From: Cytophagales bacterium | GTDB lineage: Bacteria > Bacteroidota > Bacteroidia > Cytophagales > JAAEPT01 | DNA: 64,000 nt | Direction: 5' to 3' | NCBI GenBank assembly: GCA_965267335.1 | Contig: OZ253953.1 | Location: 1,818,662-1,882,661, forward strand | Part shown: positions 1 to 9,309 of the stretch, piece by piece | Layout: every line of letters begins with the position of its first letter | Numbering within the stretch: position 1 is the stretch's first letter | The notes under the pieces: model-generated | The model's input: the letters and a program-made list of their open reading frames with translations, nothing else | Databases searched by the model: none | Told to the model about the DNA's origin: nothing | Made by a program: the position numbers and the translations under genes

Positions 1-45
1 TCCAGTAAACCCTTTCTGGAACTGACTAATCCCAACAATAATAGT

Positions 46-1344
46 ATGTGTCGTATGTTCTTCCGGGAGATACCGGAAAGTGGCTGGAGGCTAGGTGCCA
101 TTTTTGTTGAAGATGCATTTAAGACAGATGCAGATTATAAGAACCGAAACGTAATAATTATTATCTGCATATCGGAATTTATTCTGTTAACGCTTATTGC
201 GATTTGGTTGGCGAGCAAGAAATTTTCAATACCCTCCATTCAGGTTGGAATACCAATTGCGAGTATATGTCTTTTGCTAGCCATTGTTGCTATCTGGCTT
301 TCGAAAGTCAGCCAGCCTTATAACCTATTCCAGCAAGCTAAGAGTACTCCAATTACTGAGAAAACAGTTCTGGAGAAGTTTATGTATGACGAAGATAGTT
401 TGAGGACTTACTATAAAGAACCTCCTCTAATAAGGATTCCAACAGGAGTTTTTATTAAACACATTGAATTTGATGGTTCTCATAACATTAAGTTTAGCGG
501 AATTGTCTGGCAGAAGTTTCACAATAGCATTGACACCAATATTGTCAAACCAGATGTTTTCTTTCTTGAAACTGCACCTGATGCAGAGGCTCAAAATTAC
601 AAGCGAATTTACACCAAAGTGGGCAAGGATTATACAACTATAGGTTGGTATTTCCGGCTTGAGGTGCGCGAGCGACTTCATTATGGACTGTATCCGTTTG
701 ACAGGGAGAATATTCGGTTAGCGGTGAGTCATCCGGATATTAGCCAACCCATACAATTAGTACCTGATCTGGAGGCCTATGATAGCAATAATCCAACTGA
801 GCTGCCCGGAGTGGATCAAAATTTAGTTTTACCGGAGTGGCAGTTGGAAGAGGGGTATTTTGATTACAAAACGAATTTCTACAATACCAACTTTGGGGCG
901 CTGGGTGAGTTTGACAATGGCAACCGACATGAGCTTTACTACAACCTGGTAATAAGGAGGAACTTCTTTTGGCCCTTTATGACCAATATAATACCGCTAA
1001 CTACAATAGCCATTCTACTATACCTCTCAGTTATCAGTATTAGAAAAAGTGATAAGAATAAGCCCCTTGGTTTTAGTGGGTTTGGCTTTCTCGAGCTTTG
1101 TACCGCTTTTCTTTTTGTGGCAATTTTGACTCATATTGATCTGAGAGCCAATGTATTGGTAAACTATGTTATCTATATGGACTATTTCTACTTCCATATC
1201 TATTTGATTATCATTGCTTACTCATTTGCTGCCGTATTCTACTCCAAAAGTCCATCAAGAACTTCTTTTCGAATGCCAAAACTTCTTTACTGGCCTGTAC
1301 TACTCGGTAGCTTGTTTTTGTTTACTGCAGTTTTGTTTTATTAG
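46..1344 (+). CDS. Pentameric ligand-gated ion channel (pLGIC, GLIC/ELIC 'Cys-loop receptor' superfamily)-like membrane protein with an extra N-terminal TM hairpin; true 5' end may lie outside the window
   Basis: 432-aa ORF. The frame has no stop back to nt 1, so the start may be upstream. Two N-terminal hydrophobic helices are followed by a ~230-aa soluble region with pLGIC landmarks. These are 'IRIPTGVFIKHIEFDGSHNIKFSGIVWQKF' (beta1-beta2 pattern, recalled GLIC 'VNTGIYLIECYSLDDKAETFKVNAFLSLSWKD'), the loop-7 signature 'YPFDRENIRLAV' (GLIC 'YPFDSQTLHIYL') and pre-M1/M1 'YYNLVIRRNFFWPFMTNIIPLTTIAILLYLSV' (GLIC 'QLRISRQYFSYIPNIILPMLFILFISW'). Three further TM helices (M2-M4) follow. The comparison is from memory; no search was run. 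Confidence 0.6.
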   Translation: MCRMFFREIPESGWRLGAIFVEDAFKTDADYKNRNVIIIICISEFILLTLIAIWLASKKFSIPSIQVGIPIASICLLLAIVAIWLSKVSQPYNLFQQAKSTPITEKTVLEKFMYDEDSLRTYYKEPPLIRIPTGVFIKHIEFDGSHNIKFSGIVWQKFHNSIDTNIVKPDVFFLETAPDAEAQNYKRIYTKVGKDYTTIGWYFRLEVRERLHYGLYPFDRENIRLAVSHPDISQPIQLVPDLEAYDSNNPTELPGVDQNLVLPEWQLEEGYFDYKTNFYNTNFGALGEFDNGNRHELYYNLVIRRNFFWPFMTNIIPLTTIAILLYLSVISIRKSDKNKPLGFSGFGFLELCTAFLFVAILTHIDLRANVLVNYVIYMDYFYFHIYLIIIAYSFAAVFYSKSPSRTSFRMPKLLYWPVLLGSLFLFTAVLFY

Positions 1345-1419
1345 GTCACGAAATTGTGAGTTTAGGCCCTATGGGAGAATTAGAATTTTCTTAAATTCAG
1401 AGGCTACAAAGGTAAGATT

Positions 1420-3306
1420 ATGCAAAAATCAGTAGTAACGATAATCGGATGTGCAGTAGTTGTCCTATTCTCATTTCTGTTATACTTTAAGACCTTGAAT
1501 TATGAGTTTGTGTTGGATGATAGGATCGCTATTACCGAAAACTCTGTCGTCAGAAAGGGTGCAGAAGCGTATAAAGAGGTGTTTGAAAAGTCATTTTATG
1601 CGGGAGCAAATAATAAAAATAAAAATGTATACAGACCCATCACCAGCCTGACATTTGCTGTAAATGTAGATATGCAAGATGTATACCCGGAGGATCCTCC
1701 ATCTGCGTTGGATCCTAAACCTTTTCGTACTTTTAATCTATTCATTCATTCCATTTCATGCGTACTGATTTTCTTGCTCTTGTATCAGGAAGTGTTTCGT
1801 GACAACTTTGCTCTGAGTTTTATTGTGACGCTGTTATTTGTTGTGCACCCCATACACACTGAGGTTGTTGCTAATATCAAAAGTAGAGATGAGCTGCTGG
1901 GTTTGTTTGGTGTGGTCGGCTCAATGTATCTGCTGCTGAAAGGAATACGGTTAGAGAAGATAGAGTTGCTCATCATTGGTTATTTGGTGTTTGCTTTGGG
2001 TGTTTTTTCCAAAGAAAGTATCATTACATTTTCAGTCATTATACCTCTTTCGTTCTATTTTTTTAGAGATTTGAGCTGGAAGCGAATCCTACTGTTAACA
2101 GCTCCCCTGATATTTATTTCAGTTTCTTATCTTATCATAAGAACAAGTGTATTAGACGAAGGAATCGTCCATCAGCAGGCTTTGATTCAGAATGGACTTG
2201 TTCAGGGAGAAAATGTCGTTGAGCGCTTACCTACAAACTTTGTCATGCTCGGTAAGTATTTATCTATACTGACTATTCCAACTTCTCTTTCTGCAGACTA
2301 TAGCTACAATGCAATACCTTTCGTAGGATGGGGAAATGTATGGGCCTGGATTTCTATAATTTTGCATTTAGGGATTGCCTATCTGGTAGTGACAAGGTTT
2401 AAAAGGAAGGATCCACTTGTCTTCGCTATACTGTTCTATTATATCAGTATTTCGGTCGTTTCCAATGTGATTATTCTTATTGGTGCCCAGTTTGCAGAGC
2501 GTTTCGTATTTCTTCCTTCTCTTGGTTTTTGTATAGCAGTTGGGCTACTGTTGGTAAGAATTGGCGAGAAGCTTCTTCCGGAAAAATTGAAAGAAAGAGT
2601 AATCTATGGGGTTGCCGGTATCATTATCATTATTTTTAGTGGACTTACCTCTTCAAGAAATGAAGTATGGCAAAGCAACGAAACCCTCCATCGGGCAACA
2701 ATAAAGGATATGCCGACTTCTGCTCGAGCACACTATTTCTTTGCAGCCGATATATTCAATAAGGGTAATAAAATATCTGATTCAAGGATAAAGAAGGAGC
2801 TATATGATTCTGCTGAAGTCTATTATGGTAATGCTGTGAGAATCTGTCCGGAATTCGGGACAGCATGGTATTTTCTGGGCCAAAGCCATTTTCTGAGTGG
2901 AGATTCAGCTGACGCTTATAGCTGTTATCAGGAGTTTATTCGCCTGGAAGGCCCCAACGCAAAGGCATATAACACTATGGGAGTAATAAAGGGTATGGCC
3001 GGGGATTTAGACTCTTCGCGATACTACTTGAGTGAAGCTGTGAAAGTCGGCAAGAAAAAAGAAGGTATTGAGTATGGGGAAGCGCTTTCAAATTTAGGAA
3101 AGACTTATCTTCAAATGGCATTTAAGGACAGCACTGAAAAACGTTTTGAATATTTTAGAAATGCCCAAAAGTGTTTTGAACGGGCTCTCAATTCGAAAAC
3201 AGCTCCAGCACCAGATATATTAGATGTAAGAAAGAATCTTGAGTTTATAAAGCTACAGTTAAAAGAGAATAACAGAGCTGGGTTAACTCCAACCGATCCC
3301 AAATAA
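1420..3306 (+). CDS. Polytopic GT-C-type glycosyltransferase-like membrane protein with C-terminal TPR repeats (TMTC/PMT_2-like)
   Basis: 628-aa ORF with about 10-11 hydrophobic helices in the first ~430 aa. The loop motif 'YRPITSLTFAVN' is typical of TMTC/DUF1736-type proteins. The C-terminus has TPR-like repeats ('AWYFLGQSHFLSGDSADAYSCYQEFIRLEG', 'AYNTMGVIKGMAGDLDSSRYYLSEAV'). Confidence 0.55.
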   Translation: MQKSVVTIIGCAVVVLFSFLLYFKTLNYEFVLDDRIAITENSVVRKGAEAYKEVFEKSFYAGANNKNKNVYRPITSLTFAVNVDMQDVYPEDPPSALDPKPFRTFNLFIHSISCVLIFLLLYQEVFRDNFALSFIVTLLFVVHPIHTEVVANIKSRDELLGLFGVVGSMYLLLKGIRLEKIELLIIGYLVFALGVFSKESIITFSVIIPLSFYFFRDLSWKRILLLTAPLIFISVSYLIIRTSVLDEGIVHQQALIQNGLVQGENVVERLPTNFVMLGKYLSILTIPTSLSADYSYNAIPFVGWGNVWAWISIILHLGIAYLVVTRFKRKDPLVFAILFYYISISVVSNVIILIGAQFAERFVFLPSLGFCIAVGLLLVRIGEKLLPEKLKERVIYGVAGIIIIIFSGLTSSRNEVWQSNETLHRATIKDMPTSARAHYFFAADIFNKGNKISDSRIKKELYDSAEVYYGNAVRICPEFGTAWYFLGQSHFLSGDSADAYSCYQEFIRLEGPNAKAYNTMGVIKGMAGDLDSSRYYLSEAVKVGKKKEGIEYGEALSNLGKTYLQMAFKDSTEKRFEYFRNAQKCFERALNSKTAPAPDILDVRKNLEFIKLQLKENNRAGLTPTDPK

Positions 3307-3495
3307 AATTGATAGACCAACAACGGTGCCCCAAAAAAGTAAAAAATATGGAAACCCATTTCTTTGAACTAGTACTTTTCTCATCTTGAATCTTGGTTTT
3401 AAAAAATAGCGTAAAAAACTTATATAGCTTAATACGTGATAGCCAACGTTCGGGATAAGGATAAAACTCTTAAAATTGATAAGAAAATCTCCTAA

Positions 3496-5376
3496 TTACT
3501 GAATGAGTACTTTTTTTGTGATCACTGTGTCATTAGATCTTAAAACAACAGTGTGAATCCCCGATTGCAAAAAATCACTTTGAAGGGTATTGTTATTTCC
3601 GGTGATACTCCCGGAATATACTTCCATACCGTTGCTATTTAAAATTGAGATGGAAATAATGTCCTCGCTTCCGGAGCTCAAAGGAGAATCAAAGTACAAA
3701 TATCCGCTTGAAGGGTTGGGGTAGATGGTAACAGTGTTCTCGTTGATGTCTATTTGAATATGTTTCGGGGTCGAAATACTTTCCTCTCCTAATTCATTAG
3801 ATACAGAAACTTTGTAGTCCCCACTCTTATCAGCGACAATGAATTGTTGATTGGCCCCTTCGATGGGTTGTCCATTGAGGAACCATTGATTATTTCGAGG
3901 GGAGCTTGAGTAAAGCATTTCAGCTTCCTGTGTGATTGTCGGTACATCAGGTAATTCAAGGACTTTGCCAAAGAAGGCATCATTTACTCCTGCTGAAGTC
4001 AAATTGGGACCGATACCTAAATTGACTGTCGTCTCTGTTGTAAATCGTCCCGCAATAAAAACTTCACCAAGCGAGTTCTTTTTAATATCAAATCCATAAT
4101 CTAAAAAGGGACCAGCCACAGAGAAGCTCCATTGAAGTCTTCCGTTTTTATCGAATTTAGCGAAGTATGCATCCCAGTTTCCGCCAATTGTTAATGGCGG
4201 CAATATACCCAAAGGGTCTAGGTTCACTTCATTGGTGAAATAGCCAGTAGTATAGATGTTGCCGGATTGATCGATTTCTACCGCTCTTCCTACATCCCTT
4301 AAGTTACCACCAAATCCATTCACCCAGTTGAGCGTACCATTCTGGTTAAACTGGGCCAGGTATATGTTTTCGAATTTCGTTCCGGATAATTCTCCTAAAT
4401 CACTTTCATTCGGAGCGAAATCAACATCGTATTGGTAAAAACCTGTGATAGCGATGTGGTTGTTGTTATGTAAACCAATGTCTAGAGCGCGGTCATTACC
4501 CGTACTTCCAAAACCTTGTGCCCATTGAAGTTCTCCACCAATTTTATATTTGGCCACAAAAATGTCTTCGCCTCCTGAGGATGTGAGTTCAAATACTTTA
4601 TTGCTTCTGGGATCCATATCCATAGATTCTGCAAAGTACCCACTAATGTAAATCCTGAAGTTTTGTGAAACTGTTATACCCCTTCCCGCATCTCTACCAG
4701 GTCCCCCAAATCCACGGATAAAATGGTTCCTTCCACGGGTATCATATTTGGCATAAAAAACATCCCAATCACCATGATGATCTACGTGTTGATTTCCAGC
4801 CTCAGTATTAATGTTTATTTCTGAATCATAAATCCCCGTGAGGAAAATGTAACCAAACTTATGATATGCGAGTGCATTAGCCCGGTCTTTCGATTCAGGA
4901 GCGGAGCTTCCAAATGTTTTTACCCACTTTAGTTTCCCTTCTGTAGAATATCTTGCAAGGAATACATCGTCTCCACCGCTGCTGGTTACGCTTTTTGTAT
5001 TTACAGACGGATCAAAATCAACAGTACTACCAAAGTGGCCAGTTATATAAATGTTGCCGTCACCATCAACGTACATATCAGAAGGTTCGTCACCAGATTC
5101 TCCACCCACATTAAAAGCCCATTCCAACACACCCTCTGAGCTATATTTCGCCACGTAGATATCCGGTCCTCCGTTCGAAGTCAATGTAACGTCTCCTACG
5201 GTAACTGATTCGTTGAGGTACCCGCTGATGTACACGTTTCCATCATCATCATACCCAATGTTCTTACAAATGTCTGAATTGACACCACCGATTGCACTCA
5301 CCCAGCTCAATTGCTGTGCATTGACTGAGCTAGTAAATGATGAAATAAGAATAATCAAAGTTGCTATCCGTACCAT
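3496..5376 (-). CDS. Secreted SBBP-type beta-propeller repeat protein with T9SS type A C-terminal sorting domain
   Basis: 626-aa ORF with signal peptide 'MVRIATLIILISSFTSSVNAQ'. It has about 10 repeats of the pattern 'D..GN.Y.TG.F....DFDP' (SBBP beta-propeller repeat). The C-terminus 'TIYPNPSSGYLYF...VVLRSNDTVITKKVLIQ' matches the Por_Secre_tail pattern. Confidence 0.75.
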   Translation of the reverse strand: MVRIATLIILISSFTSSVNAQQLSWVSAIGGVNSDICKNIGYDDDGNVYISGYLNESVTVGDVTLTSNGGPDIYVAKYSSEGVLEWAFNVGGESGDEPSDMYVDGDGNIYITGHFGSTVDFDPSVNTKSVTSSGGDDVFLARYSTEGKLKWVKTFGSSAPESKDRANALAYHKFGYIFLTGIYDSEININTEAGNQHVDHHGDWDVFYAKYDTRGRNHFIRGFGGPGRDAGRGITVSQNFRIYISGYFAESMDMDPRSNKVFELTSSGGEDIFVAKYKIGGELQWAQGFGSTGNDRALDIGLHNNNHIAITGFYQYDVDFAPNESDLGELSGTKFENIYLAQFNQNGTLNWVNGFGGNLRDVGRAVEIDQSGNIYTTGYFTNEVNLDPLGILPPLTIGGNWDAYFAKFDKNGRLQWSFSVAGPFLDYGFDIKKNSLGEVFIAGRFTTETTVNLGIGPNLTSAGVNDAFFGKVLELPDVPTITQEAEMLYSSSPRNNQWFLNGQPIEGANQQFIVADKSGDYKVSVSNELGEESISTPKHIQIDINENTVTIYPNPSSGYLYFDSPLSSGSEDIISISILNSNGMEVYSGSITGNNNTLQSDFLQSGIHTVVLRSNDTVITKKVLIQ

Positions 5377-5581
5377 ATTATTTGTTATTACTCTCCTTTA
5401 CGAGACTTACTTATAGCCTATAGACAAATTGCTTACTGTGATAGTTGCAAGTTAAGTTGAAATTTCGACTTTTTGAATCACAAAAGTACGTAAATAATTG
5501 ATAAACAATTATTTATAGTTATATTATTTTGTAGAGGATTCTCTTAATTAATTTTATATACGTTGGGTTGCCATGCCTGGA

Positions 5582-6697
5582 TCATGAGTGTAATATTTTT
5601 TTTCCAGCCACAATGAGATGAGATTTTGCGTTTTCGACTGCGTTTTTCTTACTTCCGGCAATATCGTATAGTGAAATGTGCTCAATTCGGTTCTTCTCGC
5701 ACCATTGTTTCCCTTTTTCTTCAATGGTGCCACAGACTATTTTTAGTGGTCTAGCGTGTTTTTTGCATAAAAGGTGAATTCCATGAACGACCTTGCCTCT
5801 GGCGGTTTGAACATCAACTTTGCCTTCACCAGTAACTACTAAGTCAACATTTTTAATGGACTCTTCCAGGTCAATGCTTTGCGCGACCAGATCAAACCCT
5901 GATATCAGATTGGCTCCACAAAAGGCAATCAGACCACCTCCAGCTCCTCCCGCAGCCCCAGCGCCCTTTCTATTGGCAATATTGACACCAAGGTCTTGGC
6001 TGATGATTTTTGCTAGATTTACCATGCCTGCTTCAAGTGACTTTAGATCATCATCTTTTGCTCCTTTTTGTGGGCCATAAGTGTAAGTCGCACCATGGGC
6101 ACCGGTAAAGAGGTTATCTACATCGCAGGCCACTTCAAATGTGACGTCTTTGACCTGATCCATTGCTTGGGTACTATCAATGGAGTTTATCCTGATGAGG
6201 TTTTTTCCTATTGGTTCAATTTCATTTCCATTTTCATCTAAGAATTTATAGCCAAGTGCCTGAGCCAGACCTGCACCTCCATCGTTCGTGGCACTACCGC
6301 CAAGTGTAACTATAATTTTGCGAAAACCTTGTTGAATAGCATCTTTGATGAGTAGGCCTGTGCCGTATGTAGAAGTATTCATGGGATTTCGATCCAATGG
6401 ACTCAGAAGCTCCAATCCTGAAGCTGCGCATAATTCGATAACTGCGGTGTCTTCATTAATGACTCCATAAGCTGCTCTTATTCTTCTTCCGACCGGGTCA
6501 ACAGTATTGCAGTGGATAAGCCTGCCATTTGTTGCCTTTATTATACAATCAACGGTTCCTTCTCCACCATCGGCAACAGGCTTTGTTATGATAGTATATG
6601 CAGGACTGATTTCAGAAATACCTTGTGCAATGTATTTGGCAACGTCAACAGCTGTCAAACAATCTTTGAATGAGTCAGGAGCTACAAGTATCCTCAT
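5582..6697 (-). CDS. glxK: Glycerate kinase
   Basis: 371-aa ORF. 'MRILVAPDSFKDCLTA', 'LGGSATNDGGAG' and 'LVVTGEGKVD' are characteristic glycerate kinase (GlxK/GarK family) motifs. Its ATG overlaps the stop of the upstream CDF gene by 1 nt (TAATG at 6695-6699 on the minus strand). Confidence 0.9.
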   Translation of the reverse strand: MRILVAPDSFKDCLTAVDVAKYIAQGISEISPAYTIITKPVADGGEGTVDCIIKATNGRLIHCNTVDPVGRRIRAAYGVINEDTAVIELCAASGLELLSPLDRNPMNTSTYGTGLLIKDAIQQGFRKIIVTLGGSATNDGGAGLAQALGYKFLDENGNEIEPIGKNLIRINSIDSTQAMDQVKDVTFEVACDVDNLFTGAHGATYTYGPQKGAKDDDLKSLEAGMVNLAKIISQDLGVNIANRKGAGAAGGAGGGLIAFCGANLISGFDLVAQSIDLEESIKNVDLVVTGEGKVDVQTARGKVVHGIHLLCKKHARPLKIVCGTIEEKGKQWCEKNRIEHISLYDIAGSKKNAVENAKSHLIVAGKKILHS

Positions 6698-7584
6698 TAG
6701 ATAGAATTGGGATTACCTGGTTTTGGACCAACTTCAATAGTGGAATGTTCAATGCCCCTCAGCTTAAGTACCTCACGCGCCCGGTCTTTTATTTGCTGCC
6801 AATTGGTGGTATTGCTTTCTTTTTCTGTGATGAGATGCACCGTGAGTATGTGGTAATTCCCATCCATTGACCAAAGGTGCAGATCAAATACTTCTTCTAC
6901 ACCTTGAATATTTTGTAGTTCACCTTCAATTTTGGAAAGTTGAATGTGAGCTGGAACACCCTGCATTACAATTTTTAAGCTGCTTCTTAAATTTTTATAC
7001 ACATTGAATAAAATAAATGCAGCGATACCTAATGATAGCATAGCATCCAGGTATGGGATATTATAAAATTTCATGATAACAGCACCAATAAGTACTGCAA
7101 CCCAACCCAGAACATCCTCAATTAAGTGTAATGAAACGACTCTTTCATTTATTGAACTCCCTTTTCGTAATTGCATTGCAGCCAATCCGTTGACGATAAT
7201 TCCCAGTACAGCAAGCACAAGCATTCCTGTAGTCTCGGGTTGTATAGGGTCATTAAGTCTAAGTATTGATTCCCGAATTATCCATACAGATCCCAGCATC
7301 AAAATCAACGAATTAATCAAAGCTCCTAAAAGTGAAAATCTTCCGTAGCCGTACGAATATTTGTTATCCCGGTCCTTTTGAGAGAGATTGGCCAGATACC
7401 ATGCAATACCCAAAGTCAGGCTATCTCCCAGGTCATGTAGGGCATCGGAAATGATTGCGACACTATTTGTATAGAACCCTCCGGCAATTTCAATTAAGGT
7501 GAAAGCCAAATTAAGAAAGAAGGCAATCTTAATATTCTTGATGGATTTGGGGCCATTATCACTATGGTGATGGTGTATATGCAC
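6697..7584 (-). CDS. Cation diffusion facilitator (CzcD/ZitB-type) divalent metal efflux transporter
   Basis: 295-aa ORF with His-rich N-terminus 'MHIHHHHSD' and six TM helices. Metal-site motifs are 'SDALHDLGDS' (TM2) and 'SLHLIEDVLGW' (TM5). A C-terminal cytoplasmic domain is present. Confidence 0.9.
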   Translation of the reverse strand: MHIHHHHSDNGPKSIKNIKIAFFLNLAFTLIEIAGGFYTNSVAIISDALHDLGDSLTLGIAWYLANLSQKDRDNKYSYGYGRFSLLGALINSLILMLGSVWIIRESILRLNDPIQPETTGMLVLAVLGIIVNGLAAMQLRKGSSINERVVSLHLIEDVLGWVAVLIGAVIMKFYNIPYLDAMLSLGIAAFILFNVYKNLRSSLKIVMQGVPAHIQLSKIEGELQNIQGVEEVFDLHLWSMDGNYHILTVHLITEKESNTTNWQQIKDRAREVLKLRGIEHSTIEVGPKPGNPNSI

Positions 7585-7751
7585 ATTGCAATATAGTTAT
7601 GACATAGTAATGCTTAAAATGAACGCGCTTAAATCTGATTGGAATGATGGTGCTGCTAACACTTATCCTAGAACAGGAGCCGAAAACACCATATTTTTCC
7701 ACACTTACTCACTTTCCTTTATCGGGTATAGTAAAACTTGAAATCTCGTAC

Positions 7752-7759
7752 TAAATTTG
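7752..7759 (+). promoter_or_regulatory. Candidate Bacteroidota -7 promoter box (TAAATTTG, fits TAnnTTTG) for guaA
   Basis: Exact match to the TAnnTTTG consensus, 5 nt upstream of the first guaA ATG (7764) and 14 nt upstream of the second (7773). This implies a leaderless or very short-leader mRNA. Confidence 0.35.
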
Positions 7760-7763
7760 GCGA

Positions 7764-9290
7764 ATGGAGGAAATGATTCTAATCCTGGACTTTGGGTCTC
7801 AGTATACCCAACTGATTGCCCGAAGAGTAAGGGAACTTGATGTTTACTGTGAAATCCACCCTTATAATAATTGTCCGGAAATTACACCCAATATAAAAGG
7901 AGTTATACTATCAGGTAGTCCTTGCTCTGTCAGAGAAGATGGAGCCCCCGATATTGACTTAGATAAGTTTAATAATTTGCCAATACTGGGCGTGTGTTTT
8001 GGTGCACAGCTCATGGCTCATAAGGCCGGAGGTGTAGTGAGCCCCTCTAAAATTAGAGAGTATGGCAGGGCCAGAATAAATGTGTCGAACGGTTCGGATT
8101 ATTTACTAGAAGGTGTTTCAGCCAACTCGCAGGTATGGATGTCACATGGAGACACAATCACAGAGCTCCCTTCGGAATTCAAAGTCATTGCGAGTACAGA
8201 ATCAGTTAATGTTGCAGCCTACCGAGTGGGTGATAAACCTGTTTATGGGATTCAGTTTCACCCGGAGGTAACACACTCGCTGGAAGGGTTACAAATACTT
8301 AAGAACTTTGTTGTAGGTATTTGTAAATGTTCGCAAGATTGGACCTCAGCTCATTTTGTGGATTCAACGGTTCAACTACTCAATGAAAAACTGGGTGATG
8401 ATAAGGTGGTTCTTGGCTTGTCTGGAGGTGTGGACTCATCGGTGGCGGCTGTGTTGATCGATAAAGCTATTGGTGATAATCTGTATTGCATATTTGTTGA
8501 CAATGGGCTTTTAAGAAAGAACGAATACGAAAGTGTATTGGACTCATACAAGCACATGGGCCTCAATGTAATTGGCGTTGATGCCAAAGATAAGTTTTAT
8601 GCTGCTCTTGAAGGAATTACTGAACCCGAGGCCAAACGAAAGGCGATCGGTAGAGTATTTATTGAAGTCTTCGATGAGGAAGCGCATAAGATTGATGGAG
8701 TGAAGTGGTTAGGACAAGGAACGATATATCCTGATGTTATAGAGTCAGTTTCCGTAAAGGGGCCAAGTGCAACTATCAAGTCTCATCACAATGTTGGGGG
8801 GCTGCCCGAGAAAATGAATCTGAAGGTTGTCGAGCCTTTGAATACTTTGTTTAAGGATGAAGTCCGAGAAGTAGGAAAAACCCTTGAAATTGATCAAGCT
8901 ATTCTTGGTAGACATCCATTCCCTGGACCAGGTCTTGGGATCAGAATATTGGGGGATGTGACACCCGAAAAAGTTAGGATCCTACAGGAGGTAGATTACT
9001 TTTTCATAGAAGGACTAAAAAAGAACGGTTTATACGATGATGTTTGGCAGGCTGGAGCCATGCTGTTACCAGTACAGTCGGTAGGAGTTATGGGAGATGA
9101 AAGGACCTATGAAAATGTAGTTGCGCTACGCGCTGTAACGAGTAGAGATGGTATGACTGCCGATTGGTGCCATTTGCCTTATGAGTTTCTTGCGGATGTG
9201 TCTAATGCAATCATCAATAATGTAAAAGGAGTGAATCGCGTTGTATATGATATCAGCTCAAAACCTCCGGCAACCATAGAATGGGAATAG
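7764..9290 (+). CDS. guaA: GMP synthase (glutamine-hydrolysing)
   Basis: 508-aa ORF. It has a class I amidotransferase domain ('[20 protein letters not shown]', 'GVCFGAQL'), an ATP pyrophosphatase P-loop '[10 protein letters not shown]' and a C-terminal dimerisation domain ending 'PPATIEWE'. The in-frame ATG at 7773 gives the more canonical N-terminus. Confidence 0.97.
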   Translation: MEEMILILDFGSQYTQLIARRVRELDVYCEIHPYNNCPEITPNIKGVILSGSPCSVREDGAPDIDLDKFNNLPILGVCFGAQLMAHKAGGVVSPSKIREYGRARINVSNGSDYLLEGVSANSQVWMSHGDTITELPSEFKVIASTESVNVAAYRVGDKPVYGIQFHPEVTHSLEGLQILKNFVVGICKCSQDWTSAHFVDSTVQLLNEKLGDDKVVLGLSGGVDSSVAAVLIDKAIGDNLYCIFVDNGLLRKNEYESVLDSYKHMGLNVIGVDAKDKFYAALEGITEPEAKRKAIGRVFIEVFDEEAHKIDGVKWLGQGTIYPDVIESVSVKGPSATIKSHHNVGGLPEKMNLKVVEPLNTLFKDEVREVGKTLEIDQAILGRHPFPGPGLGIRILGDVTPEKVRILQEVDYFFIEGLKKNGLYDDVWQAGAMLLPVQSVGVMGDERTYENVVALRAVTSRDGMTADWCHLPYEFLADVSNAIINNVKGVNRVVYDISSKPPATIEWE

Positions 9291-9309
9291 TTTTTGTATC
9301 AAATCAGTT

